From Saprolegnia diclina VS20 (taxonomy: Eukaryota), in NCBI RefSeq assembly GCF_000281045.1, contig NW_008246097.1, positions 141,672-161,671 of the forward strand: 20,000 nt of DNA, given 5' to 3'. Below, one piece after another: positions 1-9,955 of the stretch. Each line of letters opens with the position of its first letter. The first letter of the stretch is position 1. Made by a program: the position numbers and the translations under genes. The notes under the pieces are model-generated. The model saw only the letters and a program-made list of their open reading frames with translations. It had not been told where the DNA came from and searched no databases.

Positions 1-432
1 TGCACAACAAGCTGCCCAGAACGTGCAGGCGGCAGCTATGTTGGCGTTCCAAGGTAAAACATCCATATCATGCATCTCTTTTACGCTAGCTTGTGTCCAG
101 GTGGCGCACGCGCACTGCCATCGACGTTGCTAAGTGTAGCTGCCCCCAACGCTACTTCCGCGGCCCCTCTTCAGCGACGGATCCTCTTTTTGCGAAAAGG
201 CCTCAACCGCGACGTCGTCGATACACTCAAGAATCAAGCGTCCGCCGTCTTGAAGTGCCACTTTGATGTCGAGTTGTTGCCGTCCACAACCGATGTCGTC
301 TCGGCCTTGCCGCTTCCAAACGTTCTCAGCTGGCTGCGCGTCCAAGGTCTTCCGTCCACCACAACGTATCGCAGCGTCGAGTGGCTCCAGGACGAGATCA
401 AAAAATCCCAAAGCACCGACCGTGCGCAATAA
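1..432 (+). CDS. 3' end of an uncharacterised spliced gene (starts before the window)
   Basis: The frame-2 exon AQQAAQNVQAAAMLAFQ ends at a GT donor at 54. AG acceptors at 100 or 139 both join in frame to ...AAPNATSAAPLQRRILFLRKGLNRDVVDTLK...EWLQDEIKKSQSTDRAQ*, with TAA at 430-432. No family recognised. Confidence 0.55.
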
Positions 433-476
433 AAGTAGACTCAACGACCACCATTTATCTCAACGCTATTGCTTCA

Positions 477-2844
477 TTATTCCATACTCGCGTCGGCCAG
501 CGCGCGGACGCGGGCAAGGTCTTTCTGGAGCTTTTCATTGCCGGCATCGAGAGCGAGGGCGTCGGCAAAGTCCGCTTCCGCTACCCACGGCATGTCTGTC
601 AATATGCAATGACGAGCGACGCACCTTTGTCGTAGGCTTGCAGCGCCGCGTGCGCTGTGCCCCGGCGAACGAGCGTCTTGAGAACCCACTCGCGTCGCTT
701 GATCGAGCCCGGCGGCGGAATCGCAGAAAGCGCGATGGGCGACCCGCGCACATCAGGCGTCACGACTTGCTACGCGGTGGTCAGCGCCGTATCCTCGGAC
801 CTTACTACGCTGTACTTGTAGGAGCGCCAGCGCCGAGGTGCAGTCGAGCACGCAGCTCGCTGCGTCAAGCAGCGCGAGGTGGCACGCCGCTCGGTTCGAG
901 AGGCATCTACACCGCACGCATAAACTCGTCGCAAATGTTTTCACGTCAAGCGCACGTACGCGACAAACGTCGGGTCGATGACGAGCGCGGCCGTGTATAA
1001 GTCCCGTGCGCTGGCCAAGTCTTGCGCGGTGAAGGCCATGTCCCCGCGCTGCTTGACCTTGTAGCACTCGTCCAGGCGCGAAATCCGCGCAAAGTCGATC
1101 TGCAGCGCTTCGTTCTCGGGGTGCATGCTCAGCGCAACGCCATAGTCGGCCTTGGCTTGGCTGCATCAAGAATAAGAGTAAGATATGAGTTGTGCCACTC
1201 CGTCGCAGTCGACCTGTAGTAGCCCAGCTGCGCGTAGGCAGTGCCTCGGCGCACGAGCACTCGGACTTTGAGTCGATGGGTGCCGCAAGGATCGGACGAG
1301 GTGGCGCCATTGTCGGGCAGCTGGGCGAGCGCAGCGCTGCAGTCGTCAGCGCAGAGCTACACAATGTGAGCGCGACAACAACGTCGAGGTGACGGATACC
1401 TGGTACGCGCCCAAGTGCAGGTGGCAGGCGGCGCGGTTCGAGAGGCACCTGCAAGCTGCAGCTGAGCGACCTTTATACAAACGGCTCGACGTACGCGGTC
1501 AAGGTCGCGTCAACAGCAAGCGCCTCCGCGTAGGCGTTGCGTGCGCTTTGAAAGTCGCGGTGGTGGTAAAAGTCGTCGGCTTTGGCCTTGAGCCACACGG
1601 CTACACAAGTCATTTCTAGGGCCTACAAATCACAGCAACAAAGTACGATCGGTCTCGCTGATGTCTTGGGCGCAGTTCGCGTGGAGGCCCTTGTGCGACT
1701 TGAGATGCTTGCGGTTCTTGACGAGCCAGTCTTCCTCGTCCGCTAATACCAGTCGTTGCAAGAACAGCGATGGAGTCGAGAGCGATACCGGCCGTTGACT
1801 CGCGGCTCGGCGTTGGAAAGACGCGCGGTGTAAAGCTGATCTTGGACTGCAGCGTCTCCCGCGGCGCCGGAATGTACACCACGTCGGTCTCGTCGTCCTC
1901 ATCCTCGTGGACGTTGTTGTTGTTGATGGCGTCATCGTCCATGGGCAGCGACGGAGCTGTCATGGGCGCCACGTCGGTCTCTGACTCGGTATCGCTCCAC
2001 TCGATGTCATCGTTGTTGTTGGTAATATCAAAGGTCCCGTCCGTGGACGCTTCGAGGATCGGCTCCATCGGTGGCTTTGCGATCGTTCGCTTGGGCGCCG
2101 ACGGTGTTTTGAGCTCCTGGAAGGTGCGGTACATGGCAGACTACAGTCGCTTCAGTATGAGCAACCGCAAGTACAAGCGGTCGACGGAGGTAGTCTACCT
2201 CTTCGCGCTGCTTTTCATCGGCCTTAAGGTCGTCGAGACGCTGCCGCTCGTGTTCTTCCAGCGCCATCTAATGATATCCATATCTATCAACTCCAAGCAC
2301 AAAATTGCAAGCACAAACTTGATCCCGAAGTGTTTTCTTCTCCGTCGCGTACTTGGCGTCCTTTCGCTTCTCGGCCAACTAGGCAAATCGTGGCGACGCA
2401 GTGCATGGGGCACACGCGGTACCTGCTGCTCCATCTCGGTCTTGCGGTCCATGGACGCCTTGCGGCGCGCTAGAATGTCGGCTTTCGAGCCAACGAACAC
2501 GAGCTCCTTCCACATCTCTGGCGTGCTCTGCCGCCGATCCATGAGACCTTGATTGATCGTGGTTCAATGTACCTTGGCGACGGTCATGTGAATGACGCCG
2601 TCGAGGATCTTGACGACCGCGCTTGTCGGCTCGATAGGCGCGACAACGTCCAGCAGTAGCACGTAGGGCTTGAAGTTGATCTTGAGCACCGCGTCCGCCA
2701 CTAGATACATCTTGGATGTTTGGCTAATCGGCGGGTTGTCGTACCGTAAAAGTCGACGTCCTTGCGGCTGGCGCCCTTGAGCGGCACGGTGAGCGAGACG
2801 TGCGTCGCGGTCTGGGCCCACTCGTACTGCGGCGTCAAAGGCAT
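477..2844 (-). CDS. DNAAF4: Dynein axonemal assembly factor 4 (DYX1C1/PF23-like): CS/p23 domain, coiled coil and TPR repeats; multi-exon
   Basis: Spliced reading gives MPLTPQYEWAQTATHVSLTVPLKG..DVDFY|VADAVLKINFKPYVLLLD (CS domain, like human MPLQVSDYSWQQT..LPLKG..LKVNFPPFL), a charged coil MALEEHERQRLDDLKADEK, the signature IPAPR..SKISFTPRVFPTPSRES..DEEDWL, and TPRs WLKAKADDFY, CLSNRAACHL, VRRGTA. Introns at 2701-2744 and 2528-2572 were checked; there are several more. Stop at 477-479. Confidence 0.9.
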
Positions 2845-3008
2845 CGGGGGTCGTTGGCGGTCGCTCGGCGGATCTTGCAGTGGCACAAACCTTCCTTTCA
2901 AGATGGCAGATACGACGATGCCATTGGCCAAAATGATTCTATAATCCTCGAATGGCATACGTTTAAAAAAACGGTCCAGGCAGCGCTCTCTATTGTTAAG
3001 AAACCACC

Positions 3009-3440
3009 ATGGAAGCGACACTGCGCCGCGCCGTCAACGAGTTTTTCTTCCGAGAGACGTGGTCGCCCGCCACGTACGCGACGTTCGCCGTCGTGTTAGT
3101 GAGCACGTTCTTTCTCTCGAACGGTCTCTCGCGGCTATTTTTTGGCCTGCTCGACGCCAAGCTACAGCGCTACGAAGCCAGCCGCGCAACCATTCACACG
3201 GTCGATACTTGCGAGTCAGCTTCATTCAGCTCACTGCCTTAGTAGGCACCGGATGCCTCGTCGTCCGAGAGCGACGAAACCTCGGGCAGTGGCTCGTCCG
3301 ACTCGAGCGAAGGCGACAGCGGTGAAGAGGACGAGGAGCCAAGTGTGTTTTCGCCCGTCAAGATTGCAGTGCCACCGCTGATTGAGATTGATGCAAACGT
3401 CTCTGACGTACGCGACGTCGAGCATCTCAAAACGCTGTGA
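3009..3440 (+). CDS. Small protein (about 128 aa) with one hydrophobic segment and an acidic Ser-rich tail; 2 exons
   Basis: ATG at 3009. Exon 1 contains TYATFAVVLVSTFFLSNGL. A phase-0 GT-AG intron at 3201-3245 (45 nt) joins to APDASSSESDETSGSGSSDSSEGDSGEEDEE..EHLKTL*. Divergent from DNAAF4, 164 bp between the start codons. Confidence 0.6.
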
Positions 3441-3594
3441 AATGAAAAGCATAAATTCTTTAAGTCACGTCGCGACACACTGGAGGAAAGAAGGAGCGAC
3501 GAGAGGTAAAATAGCAATATCACTAGCAAGCAGAGTGCTCTCTGGGGCCTGGCGATCGCTATCAAATCTCGTAGTTCTTCTCGAGAGACCACAG

Positions 3595-4010
3595 ACGCGG
3601 CGCAGCTGAAGCGTACGGCGAAGTGTTGCTGGGCGAGTTGGACGAACACGCTCACGACCGGCATTGGCACGTACCAGCGGATGGCGCCAGAGATCTTCAA
3701 GAGCCACGACTACTCGACGGCCGCCGACGTCTACTCGTTCGGTACACCTCTCATCATTAGGGGTAGGTTTGGTTCAGGGGTAGGGGTGCTGCTCGCCGAG
3801 TGCTCGACGCACCACGTTCCGTACACGGACCGCACCAACAAGCCGATGAACCAGCAACATGTGATGGCCAAGTGATGGCGGGGGAGCTCACGCCAACGTT
3901 TAACGTAACGACGATACCGTCGTGGGTGGTGGACCTCGCGACCGAGAACCTCGATTGGATCCGGACAAGCGCCAGACGATGTTGTCGGTTGCGAGTCGGA
4001 TGCTCCACGT
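3595..4010 (+). pseudogene. Degraded TKL-family protein kinase fragment
   Basis: Subdomain VIII-XI motifs are present: TLTTGIGTYQRMAPE, AADVYSFG|VLLAE (intron 3742-3783), HHVPY, VMAGELTPTF..WVVDLA, LDPDKRQT. Frameshifts lie near 3872 and 3953. No VAVK, HRD or DFG motif is found, and there is no start codon for a full domain. Confidence 0.85.
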
Positions 4011-4429
4011 TGTTTCTTGTGACATTTAAGAGTCTCGGAAGCTATTTCTACCAAACAAACTTTGCTCGTGCTACCTGTTCAGCAGCAACACAATGTCCAA
4101 CAGACCACGGACTCGATACCGAAATAAGGAGCCACAAACCACCCTCTTGTTCGGCGCTGCTGAGGAGCTTGCGTTTGGCTGCTGTTACGTGTACCTAGCT
4201 CGGTACTGAAGGCAGCCTCCAACCCAGCGGAGGCATGGGTGCTGCTGCGATAGTACGAAGCCCGTGCAGTCCACCATCCCAGTAACCCTTGACTAATGAC
4301 ACCATCGATAAACATTTGCAAAGGACTAGATACCATTGTCGTATTATGCTAAGACAGTATTTGTCTCTATGGTTTGTGTACACTAATGCACCATCCAGCT
4401 AAGAATAGGCCTCGAAACCCACATTGCGC

Positions 4430-7400
4430 ATGTCCAGCACGGACGGGCTTGGCCTTGGCGCGCGTCGTCGGGCGACCACCGCCGCGCGGCGAACGACGAC
4501 TCTGGATGGCCTCCACGTTTGTTACTCCATGCGCAGTAGCATATTCACACATTTTGTTTTCGGCTAGGAGAACGTCAAGAAGGGCGTTGCAACCTACGAT
4601 CAAGAGCAGCGACAGCAGTCGCGCCGGGCAACCTTGGGGCTGGCCCCCGACCCGCGGACGCTTCAAGCCAAGCTCGACGCCCTCTCCAAGCAAGCAGTCT
4701 CCAACCGTGCCAAGGTCGGCGAGATCAACGACCGCGTCGGTCGGATCCTTGAAGATTTTGACGACGCAACCACCGACGCGATGCTGCAGTACGACCTCGC
4801 GGGCGCCCGCCTGCCTATTGACGAGATACCGTCGAGCCAGGTACGATCTTTTGCTTCCGACTGCCAATACAAACCTGCGAACGCAAGGCAAGCCATATAT
4901 TGGAGTCGATGCGGGCGTCGCTGCACCATGCTGTCATGGCGCAGGCAGAGACATTGGAAGACATTCCGACCGAAGACACGACGCTGATTCCGTCGACGAC
5001 CGACTTCATCGACGATGTCCTCGACTCGTCGCGTCTACAACAGCGCCGACTGACGTCAACCGCGCTGCAGTTGAGCAAGCTCACGGGCCTCCAGCGCGCC
5101 GAACTCGAGGAGAAAATTGCGCTTCTCGAAGGCGCGCTCTCAGACGCCGAGCATCAGTACGCTACGCTACAGTTCAAACACGCGTGCGTACTTCGCAGGA
5201 TCAAGGTCATTTCCACTTATAAGCGGCTAGGGCGCTGGGCAAGGACGTGACGCGACTCAGCGCCGAGCTCCAATCCCTCAAACAGACGCAAACCAAGCTC
5301 CTCTCCAACCTGAGCGACGCCAAGAAGGAGCGAGAGGCTGCCGAGGTGGCATTGCATCTCGAAGCCCAAGCGCGCGAGGCGGCACTGGACGCTACGATCC
5401 GTGGTCTGAAGCGCAAAGAGCTGCAAATGACACGCGCCTTGAGGGAGGCCGAAGACCGCATCAAACAACTTCTCGAGGCGCCGTCCCCCGCCGCTCCCAG
5501 TAGCAGCCCCGGGGTTTCACTGCCGCCATTTGCCACCAGTCCTCCGCCGTTCGAGGCCAATTCGCCAGTGCTTCCGACGACACCCAAGCCCGAGAGTCCG
5601 CCAAAGCCCACGCTTTCTCGCAAAACCACGTCGCGCGCTGAATCGATCAAGGCAAGTCGTATCTACGCTGGTGCTCCGGTGGTCTACACCCACATGGACA
5701 CGACTGTGGACGTCGACGGTGCTGCAGCAAAGGACACATCGCCCACGAAGACGCAGGCTGCTCCGTCGTCGAGCAAGCGCATGGCGTCCTCGACCAAGCT
5801 CGCTCTGTCTACGGCGCTGCCGCCACTTTCATCACCGCGTGCAGCGTTAACGTCACCACGCACGGGGCCGTCCACGAGCGGCACGAATGCACTTGGCGTA
5901 TCGACGTTGATCCAACCCTCGTCTCCATTTGCTGCAGTCGCCATGTCAGACTCGAGCGCCACCGTACCGAGTACATCCTCCAAGGTCGACAGCGTCGTAG
6001 TTTTTCCGTGTCAAGCGCCCGAGACGGTACTCGGTCAGCGCATTGTCGAAGCTACGCCAAGCCCACCAGTGTCTGCGACAGAGGTGACGGAGGCGTGCGT
6101 GACGAGTACCCCTCGGTATGCCTTTCTGAGCCGAGGGCCAACGCACCAAGCGTCTAGCGGGGACTTGCACAATGACACGATACCGGAAGAGGCCTTGCCC
6201 AACACCCTTGCGATGCCGGTAGCCATGCAATCACCGACGTCAGCAAGGGACGTACCATCGTGGCGGCTGGTGGCGCACGAGGTGTTGAGCGCCATGTCCG
6301 ACAGCTTGGTACTGCGTCTGCGCTTTGCAGGGCCTACGCGGCCCTCCGAGTCGGTCTCGGTCCAGCACTGGACCTTGTGTCACTTGGCGACGCACGCTGG
6401 CGTCGTCTTTCGCATTTCGGAAACCACGGTGCAAGCCGACGCTTCGGATGGCATTTTTGTTATCGTCAAGATGCAGTTGGGGTCGTCACCAGCAATCGCA
6501 CTGGACGTCGCCGGAAAACACACAGCAAATCATGCACCAGCGCCCATGCTGAAGCATTTGCACTCGATCACGGCGCTCTCAACCGCGACGCGTAGTGCGC
6601 GATCCAGTGGACCATCGGACGACGCACCTTGTTGCACGGCGGTTTGCGTAATTGACGCATCTACCAGCAAAAGCCGCCCCACGACGGCCCGAACCAGCCA
6701 CGAGAGGTCACTTGTTGAGGGAGGGTACAACGCGACGGGCGAACGCCTCGCTACCACGCATGTAGCGACAGCTGACATGGCCTCGTCCAGCGAGTCGTCG
6801 GACAAGATGTTCTCGGCAGCGGTGCCCGCCCACCGCACCGAACTTGTCTTGTGCGATGCCGGTGACATGACCCAAGAACCCGAAGGACGACCGAATGACG
6901 CCTCCCCAGCCGCAGGAGCCGCTTACACACCAGCGAATACAGCACCATCTTCAGCGAACCATGCCAGCGACGGTGCAGCATTTGATGCTGCATATCGCAA
7001 ACCAGCCAGGCATCCGATGGAATCAACGTCGCCGAGTTCAATCGACGTCGCTCAACTGGACCTTGAGCAACGAAATGCAGCGAGGACGACAAGAGAGGCA
7101 AGTGGGCTGGACGGGCTAGAGACGACCAGAAACGTCATACCGGAGAGTGCGCGATGCGCGCTTCGACGCTTCTCGGACGATGGGACAACGACCGGTCGCA
7201 GTCCCTATCTGTCTCCACCTGAAGTGGCTCGTAGTGGCGTGGGGCACGACGCAGACACTGCATGTCGACCGAGCCGACGTCTCTCCATCGTACACTCGCC
7301 TCTCCAGCCTGACTGTGAGCCACCGCGGGTCGCTGACGAGAGCGTCAACATGGCCGAGCGACCACGCACGAGCTCTGGGCCATTGACGCCGTGGAAGACT

Positions 7401-7676
7401 GGGATGCCGAATCGGGGTCTCTCAATCGGCGACGGTCGGCCGCAAACGCGGCCCAAGAGCTGCGCCTGCTTCAAGAACGCAGACTTTTTCAAAAATTCCG
7501 CGCGGCTTTCGAGTCACCACGAGCACTGCCCGCTCGTGGACGAGCCGCGCCGCCGACGCCACTCGCTCGCAGCGACTATGGTGCTCGACAAGACAGTGGA
7601 CAGCTGTCTACGGTCCCCCGCCAGCGTCAACGTGGTGCAGATCCGGTTTCCGACCAATTCCGCCTCGAACCGGTAG
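4430..7676 (+). CDS. Large uncharacterised protein: N-terminal coiled coil followed by a long Ser/Pro/Thr-rich, probably disordered region
   Basis: ATG at 4430. Frame-preserving introns at 4517-4567, 4841-4887 and 5184-5230 link into the 809-codon ORF 5247-7676, which has heptad-like segments (LSAELQSLKQTQTKLLSNL). The 3' end is uncertain: a possible 44-nt intron at 7673-7716 would extend the CDS to 7765 or further. Confidence 0.7.
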
Positions 7677-8019
7677 ACACACCGACTTACTTGTGTAATA
7701 TCTATCAATGTATCAGAGCCAGACTGCAGCCCTTGGATTTCTGTCGCGTCCAACGAGCATGCTAACCCATGATGCTAACGCTGAATGACACCCATCACAC
7801 TTGTAGGGTTTGGGCAGGGATAGGGGTTGAAGTAAATGCAATGCCATCTCGGAATCGGGGACATGCTAGTTTATGCTGTGCACGAGAACAGTCGTAATGT
7901 AAAACCAAATTACAGGCTGCATCATCGGCATGCATACACAGCCCCAGCGTCAAGCTGACGTAATGTCACCGAGCTTCACCTTACTTACGTTATAGCGTCA
8001 TATCGTGATGGTATTCGAG

Positions 8020-9528
8020 CTACGCCGGGTCGGTACGCGGTGTCAACGACAGCCACATGCCTTGCTCGGGTGTGATGGAGACGCCGACGGCGTTGGGCAT
8101 GACGCACGGTGCGTCATGCGGACGCGAGACGACACACCGACGCAAGACTGTCACAAGCATCACCATCGCTTCCAGCTGGGCAAAGCGCATGCCGACGCAG
8201 TTGCGTGGGCCACCCGAGAAGGTCATAAAGCGGAACGCGCGGTCTTTGGCGGCAATTCCATGTGCGACCGCGTCATCAAAATGGCGTTCGGGCTTGAACT
8301 CATCGGCATCGTCGCCCCAGTTGAGCGGCGATCGGTTCACAAACCAAATCGGGATCGTCATGATCGTGCCAGCCGGAACACAATGGTCGTCGAGCGTTAG
8401 TGGCGCCTCGAGGTGGCGTATAACAATCGGGCTGGCGGGGAAGAGGCGCATCGACTCGGTGAGGACCGCCGAGACGTACGGCAGTTGCTGCACCGCCTCG
8501 TATGTGATGGGCGCCGACGTGCCGACGACCTTGTCGATCTCGGCCACTGCTTTGGCTTGCACCTCTGGATGCGTCGCGAGGAGGTAAAGTGCATACGCCA
8601 TGCTCGTGCTGATCGTGTCCGAGCCCGCAAGCACAAAGGTAAACACATTGTCTGCAAGCGTGTCGGCGTCCATCGGCGAGTTGTCGGCGGAGGCGGCGTC
8701 GACCATGGCTTGGAGAAGATCAGGGTACGTCGAACCCGATGTGCCTGTGTGCAAGGCGTTTAGCCGCGCCTGCACGATCTCGCTGAGAATCGAGCGAGCG
8801 AGCGTCGCTTCCTTGACAAAGCGGCGATTCGCATGCGTCGGCACCCAGTGCAAGTGGCTCAGCGGCTTGTGCGCCTCGTCAAAACAGCGTCGGTTGGTCT
8901 CGCTCAGGAGAAAGGCGAGCGCTGTCGCCATCGGGTTGTGAACGTCGCGTAGCGATTGCAGGTCGTAGCCAAAGCCCGTGCGTCCGATCGTATCAAGCGC
9001 TGACCGCTTCAATAGCGTAAACACGTCCATCGACGGCGTCATTGCCTGCAGCCATATGTCCGTGAAGCTCTCGGCAATGGACGCCATGGCGGGGACCATG
9101 TTGGCAAGGTTCTGCCACTGGAAGGCCCGCGAGACGAGTCGCCGATGCAGCTTCCACTCGTTGTGCATGAGCTGTACGATCGACCGCTTCCCGACGAGCC
9201 GCTCAATGTGCATGTCAATGACAGGCACGGGCGCACGGTAGCTGGACGCGTTTACGACCTGGCGCACGTGGTCGGCGCGCGTCACGGCGACGCTGGGCTG
9301 CGCCATGATGCGGTACGAGACGATGCCGTTGGCATTGGCAGCATCACGGAAGAGGCGCCGCATGCCCGAGAGGGTCGAGAGCTGCATGGCTGCGCCGACG
9401 AACGGGACGTGGAGCGCGCTTGGGAACGGAAGGCCTTCCAGAAACGGCACGTTGCGGCCGAAGCGGTGGCACACGACTGCCAGCGCAACAACGAGACTCG
9501 CAGCAATCAGGGATGCCACGTCCAGCAT
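8020..9528 (-). CDS. Cytochrome P450 (502 aa, intronless)
   Basis: N-terminal membrane anchor; WKLHR C-helix; I-helix AGSDT; K-helix ESMR; FKPERH; heme-binding FSGGPRNCVG. Confidence 0.97.
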   Translation of the reverse strand: MLDVASLIAASLVVALAVVCHRFGRNVPFLEGLPFPSALHVPFVGAAMQLSTLSGMRRLFRDAANANGIVSYRIMAQPSVAVTRADHVRQVVNASSYRAPVPVIDMHIERLVGKRSIVQLMHNEWKLHRRLVSRAFQWQNLANMVPAMASIAESFTDIWLQAMTPSMDVFTLLKRSALDTIGRTGFGYDLQSLRDVHNPMATALAFLLSETNRRCFDEAHKPLSHLHWVPTHANRRFVKEATLARSILSEIVQARLNALHTGTSGSTYPDLLQAMVDAASADNSPMDADTLADNVFTFVLAGSDTISTSMAYALYLLATHPEVQAKAVAEIDKVVGTSAPITYEAVQQLPYVSAVLTESMRLFPASPIVIRHLEAPLTLDDHCVPAGTIMTIPIWFVNRSPLNWGDDADEFKPERHFDDAVAHGIAAKDRAFRFMTFSGGPRNCVGMRFAQLEAMVMLVTVLRRCVVSRPHDAPCVMPNAVGVSITPEQGMWLSLTPRTDPA

Positions 9529-9610
9529 GCTTGGGTGACTGTGAGGTCGGCTCAGCTTCTGGCCATCTTGCCTTCACAACCCGAGCCATGTGCAAAGACA
9601 GGTGGCGTTG

Positions 9611-9651
9611 GATTGGTGCATTTTAGCCAATCAACACGCGGCATTGAGATC
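9611..9651. promoter_or_regulatory. Inverted CCAAT-box element upstream of the first P450
   Basis: GATTGG-N10-CCAATC-AAC-N4-GGCATTGAGATC, about 85-125 bp upstream of the ATG at 9528. A matching copy lies at 11702-11742. Confidence 0.6.
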
Positions 9652-9955
9652 CAACGATATTTGACCGATCGGTCGGCCCTTCTCTCTCGACTGGCGACTT
9701 GCAGCAGCACGAAAGACATTGCCGTTGCATTAATGTACTAATGCAATAGTTACTTGGTAAAGCATAGACAGTCTATCAGCATGTTCACGCGGGACCTCTG
9801 TACCAGTGAGAGTGTAGGTCCAAGCTTCCAGTCTACAGAGTAACGACAAAAATGACAACCAAAAGCTTAGCAAGTAGAAGTAGAAGTAGACATTAAACAC
9901 AAGAAGGGCGATTCGGTCTCCTAACTCTTCGGGCCATTCAAGCACCACGCGGGCA

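Noticed and set aside
263..2552. Long plus-strand ORFs (263-1000, 1770-2552 and others)
   Set aside because: Antisense shadows of DNAAF4 exons, expected in GC-rich coding DNA; no recognisable motifs.
3757..3790. TTAGGGG/TAGGGG telomere-like G-rich motifs
   Set aside because: They lie within the kinase pseudogene intron and do not form a regular tandem array.
4079..4383. Short minus-strand ORFs between the kinase relic and the coiled-coil gene
   Set aside because: No convincing motif or splice structure.
9872..9889. (AAGTAG)x3 microsatellite between the P450s
   Set aside because: Too short to be meaningful.
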